Made by a program: the position numbers and the translations under genes. This document shows positions 15,131 through 23,862 of a DNA stretch of 26,356 nt, piece after piece (position 1 is the first letter of the stretch; the number at the start of each line of letters is the position of its first letter). The stretch spans positions 1 to 26,356 of IMG/VR virus record IMGVR_UViG_3300037789_000016; one strand, given 5' to 3'. The notes under the pieces were generated by a model that did not search any database, was not told the DNA's origin, and saw only the letters and a list, made by a program, of their open reading frames with translations. The stretch comes from a virus. Taxonomy: Duplodnaviria; Caudoviricetes.

Positions 15131-16514
15131 GATAGCAGTCGATAAGAAGTATCTTTCTTATTACAATTTCTTTCTCGAGGCCTTTAAGGTACTGGAACCA
15201 CAGACCCCGTTTGTGTCGAATTGGCACATTAAGTTTGTATGCAATGTCCTACAAGCCGAGACGTATCGAATACTTGCAAATAAACCATCCAAAGGCGATC
15301 TGATTATAAACGTTCCTTTTCGAACGGGAAAGTCTTACATCACAACCATAGTATATCCAGTATGGAGTTGGATAATCAATCCACACATGGGATTCTTAAC
15401 CGTGTCATATAGTTCAGCACTATCAACCGAACACGCACGAAAGTCGAGGCAACTGATTCAATCCGACTGGTTTCAGGAGAATTTCGGGCATATTTTCGAA
15501 ATGACGGGAGACCAAAACGTAAAGAGTAATTACGAGAACGACAAAGGAGGGAAGCGATTCGCAACGAGTACGACCGCAACCGCTACGGGAACGGGTGGAG
15601 ATGTGATTATATTGGATGACCCATTAAACCCGAAAGAAGCCAGTTCAGAGGTGGAAAGAAGCAGAGCGAACACGGCTTATTCCGAGACGTTCTATTCCCG
15701 TACCAAAAACCCACACACGGCCATACGGATAATCGTGATGCAAAGACTGCACGAGGACGACTTGAGTGGATATCTTCTCAAAAAAGAAGGTTATCGGCAC
15801 ATCTGTATTCCAGGCGAGTTAACCAACGAGGTCAAGCCGACAAAGCTACGGGATAAATACAAGGACGGACTGTTTTGGCCGACACGATTCACGCAGAACC
15901 TACTCGACAAGTTTAAGGTTGAGTTAGGAAGCGTGGGTTATGCTGGGCAGATTCTCCAAACACCAACACCGCCAAGTGGTAACATCTTCAAAAAAGAGTG
16001 GTTTGGAATCGTTCACGAATTGCCACAGAACGCAACGTGGCACGTTAAAGTTGACCCAGCTTATACGAGTAAAAGTGAAAACGACCCAACTGCGGTTATG
16101 TGTTACGCGTGGCATGATAATTTTTTGTATATTCGCAACGTGGAAACGGTTCGGTTAGAGTTTCCGCAGTTAGTTACGTTCTTAAAGTCCTATGCGCATA
16201 ATCACGGACTAAGCCGACAGTCTAAGATTTACATCGAGCCAAAAGCGAGTGGAAAGTCAATAGTGCAACAGTTACGATCCGAAACTGGTCTGAACGTTTT
16301 GGAGGACAAACCACCGGAACGAGACAAGGTAAGCCGAGCCAATGCCGTATCTGCAAAAGTTGAAGCAGGTCGGGTCAAGTTGTTAGCAGGGGGATGGAAT
16401 GACCGCTTTTTAGGAGAGGTTATTCAATTCCCGTATGCAAAGCACGATGACCAAGTGGACGTAATGGTTATGGCGTTAAACGATGAGCAAAAAACTACAT
16501 TCTTCGCACTATGA
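15120..16514 (+). CDS. terL: terminase large subunit
   Basis: Walker A PFRTGKS, Walker B IILDDP, MQRLH..D, nuclease VDPAY and HDDQVD. Confidence 0.95.
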   Translation: MTYEIAVDKKYLSYYNFFLEAFKVLEPQTPFVSNWHIKFVCNVLQAETYRILANKPSKGDLIINVPFRTGKSYITTIVYPVWSWIINPHMGFLTVSYSSALSTEHARKSRQLIQSDWFQENFGHIFEMTGDQNVKSNYENDKGGKRFATSTTATATGTGGDVIILDDPLNPKEASSEVERSRANTAYSETFYSRTKNPHTAIRIIVMQRLHEDDLSGYLLKKEGYRHICIPGELTNEVKPTKLRDKYKDGLFWPTRFTQNLLDKFKVELGSVGYAGQILQTPTPPSGNIFKKEWFGIVHELPQNATWHVKVDPAYTSKSENDPTAVMCYAWHDNFLYIRNVETVRLEFPQLVTFLKSYAHNHGLSRQSKIYIEPKASGKSIVQQLRSETGLNVLEDKPPERDKVSRANAVSAKVEAGRVKLLAGGWNDRFLGEVIQFPYAKHDDQVDVMVMALNDEQKTTFFAL

Positions 16515-17779
16515 CACTATTTGATCGAATCAAACAAGCCATCAGCCCCAACAAGCTATACCGACAAATCTACCAATGGATTGGAACCAATACTCCCATA
16601 TCGATTGAGCAGAACGCAGACGAGTACGTTAGAGAGGCGTATTCTAAAAATGCCTTAGTCTATTCGGTGGTGAGCCAAATCGCATCGACTGCGGCCGATT
16701 CAATCAAGCATGTTAAATTCGTCAATGCACAAGGCGAGGAGGTCGAGGATGAAAAACTCCGCCAACTATTTGCACGACCCAACCCACTTCAAGGGCGGTT
16801 GGAGTTCTTCCAGCAATTGTTCGGATTCAAATTAATTACGGGTAATTCGTATGCGTACGGTATCAAGTTAGAGAACGGACCAAATGCAGGAAAGATTCAG
16901 GAGATGTTCGTTATGCCATCGCAATGGACGGAGATTGTAACGGGCGGACCGCTTCAACCCGTTAAAGGTTACCGCGTGATTATCGGTGAGCAAGGTATTG
17001 AGTTTGAACCCGATGAGGTGTGTCACGATAAGTTCCCAAATTACGACTATGACTGGGGGCAGGACCTTTACGGGATGAGCCCAATCCGAGCCGCAGCGAG
17101 AGTGGTGGCGAAAAGTAACGAGGCATATTTGGCCAGTCAGAAATCGTTCGAGAACATGGGAGCGATTGGAATCGTGTCGAGCGATGAAAGTCCGAACAGT
17201 ACGAGCGAATTCACCAAAGAACAAGCATTAGATATCGAACGCAGTTGGTCCAAGAAATATGCAGGAGCAAATAAGCGCGGTAAGTTAGCGTTCACATCGG
17301 CACGGGTGAAGTTTATCGACATGGGGTTAAGCCCAGTTGATTTGGGTATCATTGACGATCAGCGTTGGAACTTACAAGATATTTGCCGAGTGTATCACGT
17401 GCCTTCGATTATGTTCAGCGACAACGACAGTTCGACTTATAACAACTACGACACGGCACGGAGAGTATTCTTCAACAACGCAGTGCAGCCGCTTGTGAAC
17501 GGATGGTTGGAAGAGTTCAACCGATGGATAGGCGATTCGTATGGGGTCAAAGTCGAGATGGACTGGAGCAAAATTCCTGAACTGCAAAAGGATCTTAAAC
17601 TCCAAGCCGAAACGTTCAAAATCGCAGTCGATTTGGGTGCGATGAGTTTGGCGGAGTTCAGAGAAAAGATTGGGCTACCCGAAGTAACCGATGAAGATTT
17701 GAACCGATACTTTATGAACGCAGGTCGAGTGCCTTTAGATATTGACTTAAATCCAGACGCGCCGAGTGACTTTTTATAA
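16511..17779 (+). CDS. portal protein, HK97 family
   Basis: RPNPLQ, ITGNSY, YGMSPI.AA, ICRVYHVP, STYNN, EFREKIGLP; follows terL. Confidence 0.92.
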   Translation: MTLFDRIKQAISPNKLYRQIYQWIGTNTPISIEQNADEYVREAYSKNALVYSVVSQIASTAADSIKHVKFVNAQGEEVEDEKLRQLFARPNPLQGRLEFFQQLFGFKLITGNSYAYGIKLENGPNAGKIQEMFVMPSQWTEIVTGGPLQPVKGYRVIIGEQGIEFEPDEVCHDKFPNYDYDWGQDLYGMSPIRAAARVVAKSNEAYLASQKSFENMGAIGIVSSDESPNSTSEFTKEQALDIERSWSKKYAGANKRGKLAFTSARVKFIDMGLSPVDLGIIDDQRWNLQDICRVYHVPSIMFSDNDSSTYNNYDTARRVFFNNAVQPLVNGWLEEFNRWIGDSYGVKVEMDWSKIPELQKDLKLQAETFKIAVDLGAMSLAEFREKIGLPEVTDEDLNRYFMNAGRVPLDIDLNPDAPSDFL

Positions 17780-18527
17780 GGAGATAGACAAGGAGAAGCG
17801 GAAGTACGAGCGTAAATACGAGCGTGAGTGCAGACGTATGCTTATGGCGCAGATCCAACCCGTATTAGATTATCTTGAATCTACGGGCGATATGCAGAAT
17901 CCAGATATGGCCGCGAATAAACTCAACTTCGAGCGAACCAGCGCCTTTTACACCGCGCTTTATTCAGAAGTTGGTCAGCACTTCTCTGCAATGACATACA
18001 ACGACATCATTAAGCGAAAGGACGTAAGCGAAACGGTTCAGGACAGTTGGCTTAATCAGATACTGAACTACATGAGGTTTACGGCAGGGTATCGCATCAC
18101 ATCCATAAACAAGACAAGCCGAAAGAGAGCAGTCGAATTGATTCGGAGGGCGTTGGTCCAAGCGGAGGAGGCAGGATTGGGATTGGTTGAAACGCGCAAC
18201 AGTATCGTGAAGTATGTAGGCGATACGTGGCGAAATGATGCGAGATACCGAGCGGAACGAATTGCAAGGACGGAGGTATTGACCGCATCGAATCGGGCGA
18301 GTTACATCGGGGCACAAGCGACTGGATTGGAATTGAAGAAAAAGTGGATAGCTGGAGCAGATGCACGAGTAAGACAAACCCACGCAGAGGCGAATGGACA
18401 AATCGTTGAGATGGACGAGGCGTTCACAGTCGGAGGCAGTTCAATGATGGTACCAGGAGATGCACAAGCACCAGCAGACGAGACAATCAACTGCCGATGC
18501 GTTGTAAGATACATAACAGACCTATGA
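17766..18527 (+). CDS. minor head morphogenesis protein (SPP1 gp7 / Mu gpF family)
   Basis: RAERIARTE, KKWIA..D.RVRQTH, PGD......INCRC; GTG start. Confidence 0.9.
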   Translation: MTFYKEIDKEKRKYERKYERECRRMLMAQIQPVLDYLESTGDMQNPDMAANKLNFERTSAFYTALYSEVGQHFSAMTYNDIIKRKDVSETVQDSWLNQILNYMRFTAGYRITSINKTSRKRAVELIRRALVQAEEAGLGLVETRNSIVKYVGDTWRNDARYRAERIARTEVLTASNRASYIGAQATGLELKKKWIAGADARVRQTHAEANGQIVEMDEAFTVGGSSMMVPGDAQAPADETINCRCVVRYITDL

Positions 18528-18796
18528 CATCAGCCGAGAAATTCTACCAGCTATTATCGAAACGGCATGGAATCACACCGGACCAAGCCAAAGAAATTAG
18601 TATCGACCTACTCAAAGCGAGTTGTTTCAAGAAGAAAGCGGACAAACGGTTCATCGTTGAGGTGGAAGTGCCGAGACGAATCGAGTTGGGTTATTCCGTT
18701 ACGGATAGCTTGGCGTATGTATGCCGAGAGTTCGACATCGACTTCAACTTAGCCAAGTTTTGGCACTACCGAATGATGGGGATGGATCAATTCTGA
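18524..18796 (+). CDS. hypothetical protein
   Basis: Start reassigned to ATG 18524 (ATGA overlap). Confidence 0.65.
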   Translation: MTSAEKFYQLLSKRHGITPDQAKEISIDLLKASCFKKKADKRFIVEVEVPRRIELGYSVTDSLAYVCREFDIDFNLAKFWHYRMMGMDQF

Positions 18797-18906
18797 TTCT
18801 CGTAAAAGTAACACAAACACGCAATGTCATACGTTGCGTTCTGAAAATACTCGACTTCGATTTGGAATTGAAGCGGACTGCCTTCAAAGGGATTTTGTAT
18901 TTCCAT
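18787..18906 (-). CDS. possible 39-aa minus-strand peptide
   Basis: MEIQNPFEGSPLQFQIEVEYFQNATYDIACLCYFYENQN; spans most of the intergenic gap, A-rich start context. Confidence 0.4.
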   Translation of the reverse strand: MEIQNPFEGSPLQFQIEVEYFQNATYDIACLCYFYENQN

Positions 18907-18955
18907 TTTCAGTATTCTTAACTATTCATCATGCAATATACGATATTTTCGTAAC

Positions 18956-19636
18956 ATGATGAAGTATAAAAATGTCAGTCTTCCCGTTGAGGAAGTGAAT
19001 ATGGATAAGGGCATCGTGACCCTATACGCATCAGCGTTTAATAACATGGATTCGGATGGAGATGTTATCCGTCAGGGAGCATGGACGAAATCAATCAAAG
19101 AACGCGGTCCAGCATCGGGCAAACCCCGAATTAAGCACTTATGGATGCATGACATGATGAACCCGATTGGGATTCCTATGTCAATGGAGGAGGACGGTCA
19201 GGGTTTACTTATTCAATCCAAAGTTAGCGATGTTCGAAACGGTGACTATTTGAAACTGTACCGTGACGGTGTTATCACAGAGCATTCGGTCGGATTCGAA
19301 GTCATTAAGACTGGCGAGAGCCGAAACGAAATTACCGAAGCAAAGTTATGGGAATATTCGTCAGTCACTTGGGGGGCGAATGAGAACACTCCAGTCGTGG
19401 GGATGAAGTCGGAGTTTACGCAAAAGGATGCATCGGCACTTACCGAACGGTTAGATAACTTAACCAAAGCACTTCGCAACGGAGACTACACAGACGAAAC
19501 ATTCCACCTCATCGAGAATCAACTCGATATCATAAAGAATCAAATTATATCACTCGCAAAAAGCGATGAGCCGGACAATTTCACTCAAAGCAATTACGAG
19601 CCGATTGACCTAATAGAAATTTGGAAATCAATTTAA
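18956..19636 (+). CDS. HK97-family prohead protease
   Basis: YASAFNN.DSDGD.I..GA, LWMH....PIG, EHSVGF, LWEYSSVTWGAN. Confidence 0.93.
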   Translation: MMKYKNVSLPVEEVNMDKGIVTLYASAFNNMDSDGDVIRQGAWTKSIKERGPASGKPRIKHLWMHDMMNPIGIPMSMEEDGQGLLIQSKVSDVRNGDYLKLYRDGVITEHSVGFEVIKTGESRNEITEAKLWEYSSVTWGANENTPVVGMKSEFTQKDASALTERLDNLTKALRNGDYTDETFHLIENQLDIIKNQIISLAKSDEPDNFTQSNYEPIDLIEIWKSI

Positions 19637-19641
19637 AGAAA

Positions 19642-20886
19642 ATGGAAGATCAAATCAAAGAGCAGTTGAGCCATATCAAAAATGACCTCAACGCACAAAT
19701 CGAAAAAGCTAACTCGCAAAGCGAAGTAGCTGGAAAGGTAGCAGCTGAAACAAAGAGCGCAATCGACAACTTGTCGAAAGAGTTCATGGAAAAAGCAGGT
19801 GCTAATCAAGAGCTTTTGGATTCACTTCAGTCTGACCTAAAGAAAATGAAGTCAGGTTTACAAGGTGGATTTAGCAACGTAAAATCATTCGCAGAGAAAT
19901 TGGCGGAAGATTCATCGTTCAAAGCATTTGCTGCACGTCAGTCACGCAACACGAACCCAATCGAGTTGAAAGCGGCTGGAACAATGACAGAAGCGGCTTC
20001 ATTGACAAACGGAACAAACGTATCGTTTATCGAGCCGACACGCAGAGCAGGTATCATTCCTGTAAAACGTGAGCAGTTGCACGTTCGTTCAGCATTCGGT
20101 ACTATCCCAATGACTGGAAGCATCTACGCTTATGCACAAGAGACGGCAGTTGATGGCGCACCTACTACTGTAACAGAAGGTAACGCAAAACCAGCATCGG
20201 ACAATGACTTCGAAATGAAAGAAGCACCAGCTCGTAAGATTGCGCACCACAAGCGTATCTCTGAAGAGTTGTTGAATGACGTTCCTGCATTAGCTGGATT
20301 CCTTAACACAGTAGGAGTTCAGGAACTTATGGACGTTGAAGATACTCAACTTCTTACTGGAAACGGTTCAGCACCGAATCTTACCGGATTGAATGATGGA
20401 GCATTGACTGACGCTAACTTCAGCGGAACAATCTTCGAAGATCGTTACGCAGCAGGTACTGCGACTTACTTTGACGCAATCATCGCAGCACACGGATTGA
20501 TCGCAGCAGGTAAGCACAACGCTGACGTTATCATGATGAACCCATCTGACTTCTACTTCATGCAAGGGGAGAAAGATTCACAGGGTGAGTACCTTTACAA
20601 GATGTTGACATACGAAGGAAGCATTCCTTTGTTCAACGGAATCCCAGTTGTAACAACAACCGCAGTAACTGCTGGAACGTTGGTAATGGGTGACAGTTCG
20701 GCTGCACAAATTGCACAACGTGAAGGAATCTCGGTTCGTTTGTACGATCAGGATCAAGACAACGCAGTTAAGAATTTGGTAACGGTTGTAGTTGAAGAGC
20801 GTTTGGCGTTCCCAATCTACTACCCTACTGCATTCTACTACGATACATTTGCCAACACTATCGCGGCAATCGAAAGCGCATCGTAA
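19642..20886 (+). CDS. major capsid protein, HK97 fold with N-terminal delta domain
   Basis: Start ATG 19642; coiled-coil N-terminus, EGNAKP, KIAH...ISEELL.D, ED.QLL.GNG, NLVTVVVEER. Confidence 0.95.
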   Translation: MEDQIKEQLSHIKNDLNAQIEKANSQSEVAGKVAAETKSAIDNLSKEFMEKAGANQELLDSLQSDLKKMKSGLQGGFSNVKSFAEKLAEDSSFKAFAARQSRNTNPIELKAAGTMTEAASLTNGTNVSFIEPTRRAGIIPVKREQLHVRSAFGTIPMTGSIYAYAQETAVDGAPTTVTEGNAKPASDNDFEMKEAPARKIAHHKRISEELLNDVPALAGFLNTVGVQELMDVEDTQLLTGNGSAPNLTGLNDGALTDANFSGTIFEDRYAAGTATYFDAIIAAHGLIAAGKHNADVIMMNPSDFYFMQGEKDSQGEYLYKMLTYEGSIPLFNGIPVVTTTAVTAGTLVMGDSSAAQIAQREGISVRLYDQDQDNAVKNLVTVVVEERLAFPIYYPTAFYYDTFANTIAAIESAS

Positions 20887-20909
20887 CCGTTGCACTATTG
20901 GCTTGGTGG

Positions 20910-20942
20910 AGGGGGTTAGGTTATTATCTAACCCCTTTTTTT
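20910..20942 (+). terminator. intrinsic terminator after the capsid gene
   Basis: GGGGGTTAGG-TTATTA-TCTAACCCCT followed by a T run. Confidence 0.85.
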
Positions 20943-20962
20943 GTTTAATTAAAAGTGAAAAG

Positions 20963-21148
20963 ATGAGAATCAAGAAAACAGTATCTTTGAACGGAGAGAC
21001 GTACCGAGAAGGCACAGAACCCGTATTACATCCCGAACTTCAAAACAAATTGAAGCAACTTGGGGCGTTCGGTACGGTTCAAAAGAAGCGCAAACCAAAG
21101 CGCAAAACCAAAGAACAAAAGTTCGATGAAACTGGAGATAAATTATAG
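20963..21148 (+). CDS. small basic protein following the capsid gene
   Basis: Start ATG 20963; 61 aa with KKRKPKRKTK tail. Confidence 0.65.
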   Translation: MRIKKTVSLNGETYREGTEPVLHPELQNKLKQLGAFGTVQKKRKPKRKTKEQKFDETGDKL

Positions 21149-21683
21149 TGGAAGCATTACCGAACCCGTAACGTATCAGGAGGTAAAGGACTATTTGCGT
21201 TTGTCCAACGACTTGGAGCAGACGATGATAACCGAAATGATAACGGGGGCGAGGGAATTTGCGGAAGAATATTGTGGACGTGCATTCGTGGCAAAGACAG
21301 TCACTCAATACGTGTCTGAATTAGAAAAGGAAGAAACGGAGTTTGACTTGGTAATTGGTCCGATTGATTCAATCACGAGCGTGGAGCGAATTGACGAGGA
21401 GGGAAGCGCGACAACGTTGACATTAAACAGTTCGTATTGGTTGACTGGAAATAAATACAAAACGATTCGATTCGCGCAAACGTTCAGCACGGGAGTAGTG
21501 ACGGATAAGTCATACAAAGCCGTTTACACGACCGAAGCAGACTGCCCGACTATCATCAAACGCGCGATCATTGAAATCGCTGGAGAGATGTTCCAAAACA
21601 GGTCATACGCACCGACAGAGTTTGATTTGTTAGGAAGTCAAATAAAGATGCTCGATAAGTATCGCAAAAAGATGTTCATATGA
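21126..21683 (+). CDS. head-tail connector (HK97 gp6 / SPP1 gp15-like)
   Basis: EPVT..EVKDYLRL, MITGARE.AE.YCGR, P..IKRAI.......FQNR. Confidence 0.88.
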   Translation: MKLEINYSGSITEPVTYQEVKDYLRLSNDLEQTMITEMITGAREFAEEYCGRAFVAKTVTQYVSELEKEETEFDLVIGPIDSITSVERIDEEGSATTLTLNSSYWLTGNKYKTIRFAQTFSTGVVTDKSYKAVYTTEADCPTIIKRAIIEIAGEMFQNRSYAPTEFDLLGSQIKMLDKYRKKMFI

Positions 21684-22000
21684 TCAATCAATGGGTTGAT
21701 AGAATAACGATACAACGCGCGACAGTCGGAACGGACGAAATCGGTGGACAGTCAACGACTTGGAACGATGAGACAACCGTGTGGTGTGATGTGAAGGACG
21801 TGAAGGGAAACCAACGGGTCGAGATGGAGCAGATAGTGAACGGTCGGCCTTATGTGGTTGAGATGTATAAGGACGATTTCCCGACACTAACCGAAAACGA
21901 TCGGATTCAGTACGGTGACGAGATACTTAACATCCATAGCATCGAGATCAGTTCGCAAAAGAATAGATTTAAGATAATAGCAATAACAACAAGAAAATGA
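21680..22000 (+). CDS. head closure / head-tail adaptor (SPP1 gp16-like)
   Basis: RITIQR.....DEIGG...TW....TVWC.V; size and synteny fit. Confidence 0.85.
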   Translation: MINQWVDRITIQRATVGTDEIGGQSTTWNDETTVWCDVKDVKGNQRVEMEQIVNGRPYVVEMYKDDFPTLTENDRIQYGDEILNIHSIEISSQKNRFKIIAITTRK

Positions 22001-22257
22001 GAGGAAACGAAATTTATCAGGGTAACACGGCCGAGCAGGTTGACGTATCAGCAGCTGACTATGTTCCAGATCCATTCCGTTCATTCATCGTTCGATGCAC
22101 TGGCGGTACGGGTGTGATTAAAGTAAAGACAGTTGGCGGTGATGACTTCGAGTGGAGAGTATCGGCAGCAGGTCCGGACGTATTGCACGTCCCTTGCAAC
22201 CGTATCTACACGACAGGTACGACTTATGACGGAGATATCGATGCTTACCTTCCATGA
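21997..22257 (+). CDS. small beta protein resembling the RcGTA head-spike base family
   Basis: GGTG.IKVKTVGG....W.V.A....L.V...RIYTTGTT pattern recalled from the Rcc01079-like family. Confidence 0.5.
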   Translation: MRGNEIYQGNTAEQVDVSAADYVPDPFRSFIVRCTGGTGVIKVKTVGGDDFEWRVSAAGPDVLHVPCNRIYTTGTTYDGDIDAYLP

Positions 22258-22709
22258 TAACCGTTAAAATCCCACAAGACCAGTTGGCGAACATTCGCAA
22301 ATCGATGCAAAGCATATCGCAAGAGAAAGCGAAGGCGGTGCAGAGCGCTGTGAAGAAGGCCACAGTTGAGGTTGACGGGGAGGTTAAGGAGTTATTGAAT
22401 CAAAACGGTACGGGTCGGATTTATAGCATTCCAACCATGCCAGGACAGAAGGGCGGACAAAGACGAACGCACAGAGCATCGGAGGAGGGCGAACCACCAG
22501 CGAAGCAGTACGGTTTCTTAGTTGGTGGTATTCGTTGGGAGATACTGGGCAACAAAATGACTGGTCGTGTTCGAAGTCAAGCGAGATATTCAAGAGCGTT
22601 AGAGTTCGGATTTGAGCAGAACAATTTGAAACCACGTCCATTTATGCGACCAGCGGTGGAGAGGATCCAACCGAAGTTTAACCAAGCCATAAGAAAGATA
22701 TTCAAATGA
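22254..22709 (+). CDS. HK97 gp10-family tail component
   Basis: HRAS..GEPPA...G.L..., Y...LEFG......RPFMRPA. Confidence 0.88.
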   Translation: MITVKIPQDQLANIRKSMQSISQEKAKAVQSAVKKATVEVDGEVKELLNQNGTGRIYSIPTMPGQKGGQRRTHRASEEGEPPAKQYGFLVGGIRWEILGNKMTGRVRSQARYSRALEFGFEQNNLKPRPFMRPAVERIQPKFNQAIRKIFK

Positions 22710-23377
22710 AAGCGATAGTCACAGCGGTTCACGGAAGGCGAGAGGTCACACAGATGTTTGTGGACCATTATCGTAACTGGGACGTTTTGAAAATATGCGT
22801 GGCAAGTACAGACGATGACGTTCAGTTCATGCGTGAAAACGGTTGGCACGTTATCCAACATGAGAACCGACCACTCGGAGCGAAATGGAACGCGGTGATA
22901 CGGTTTGCGTTGGAATTTGAATGGGAGCAATTGATTCAAGTTGGATCGGATGACCTTATGAATCCGAAGTATTTGCAATTCGCGAATCACATCGCATTCG
23001 GAGGAATTAAGACGTTGTATTTTTGGGAAAAGGAAAGTGGTGAGTGCATGAAATATACATACGTAGGAAATCGAAAGGATTACATCTTAGGCGCAGGTCG
23101 AGTGATGAGCAGATATGTAGTTGAGACGGTTTGGAAAGATACGGAAGGCGAGTTATTCCCTAACCATTACAACAAGGGGTTGGATTCGGGTAGTGAGATG
23201 CACTTAAAACTAAGCGGATTCAAACCCGAATTGATTCAGACACCTTACCCGATGATAGTGGACGTAAAGAGTGGAGAGAACATTTGGTCATTTAAGACAT
23301 TAAAAGACCGAGCCAAAGACGGAACGAGTTACGAGGAGGTCAGTTTGGCAACGGTTGAAAAACATATAACGAAATGA
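22706..23377 (+). CDS. GT-A fold (GT2-like) glycosyltransferase, copy 2, embedded in the neck/tail genes
   Basis: TAVHGR, PLGAKWN, QVGSDDL, GAGRV, KGLD, IVDVK, all collinear with 12723..13388. Confidence 0.7.
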   Translation: MKAIVTAVHGRREVTQMFVDHYRNWDVLKICVASTDDDVQFMRENGWHVIQHENRPLGAKWNAVIRFALEFEWEQLIQVGSDDLMNPKYLQFANHIAFGGIKTLYFWEKESGECMKYTYVGNRKDYILGAGRVMSRYVVETVWKDTEGELFPNHYNKGLDSGSEMHLKLSGFKPELIQTPYPMIVDVKSGENIWSFKTLKDRAKDGTSYEEVSLATVEKHITK

Positions 23378-23856
23378 GGCATCCAGCATTAGGCATAGTA
23401 AAGGGGGTTTACTCCGCGTTGAATGGAAACGTAACGCTTGGAGGCGAAACGATTCCCGTTTATTCAACCATGCCACAAGGTGTTGATGGGTATTACATTT
23501 ATATCAGTTCCCTACGAAATCAAGAGGACTATACCAAACAAAACTTCGGTGGCACGGTTCGCTTCGATGTAAAGGTGATCAGCCCTACATTGGAGGATAG
23601 CGGATCAAAACTGGGAATGTACGACATCGCATCGCAAGTGATGGAGATACTTCGACCGACACGAGCAGGGAATTTGGCGTTGGATGATGATTTGGAAAAC
23701 AAACTATTCTACTTAGAGGACAGTCGGGAGTTGGAGGACGTAACGCCAACGGGCAAAAATTATCAGGTGGTTTTGTCGATGCTTTGCGAGTACGAGCAGA
23801 ACGGAATCGAATCACCTGGAGCATTTTCAAACGGATTTTCAGACGGATTTAATTAA
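23374..23856 (+). CDS. tail terminator / tail completion protein with C-terminal FSNGFSDGFN extension
   Basis: VYSALNG.......IPVY, YIYI, IASQVMEIL; position between gp10-like gene and major tail gene. Confidence 0.7.
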   Translation: MRHPALGIVKGVYSALNGNVTLGGETIPVYSTMPQGVDGYYIYISSLRNQEDYTKQNFGGTVRFDVKVISPTLEDSGSKLGMYDIASQVMEILRPTRAGNLALDDDLENKLFYLEDSRELEDVTPTGKNYQVVLSMLCEYEQNGIESPGAFSNGFSDGFN

Positions 23857-23862
23857 GATATC

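Noticed and set aside
19609-19641. Protease-capsid fusion by frameshift, or capsid start at TTG 19621
   Set aside because: No in-phase slippery heptamer; ATG 19642 with an A-rich context is the simpler start.
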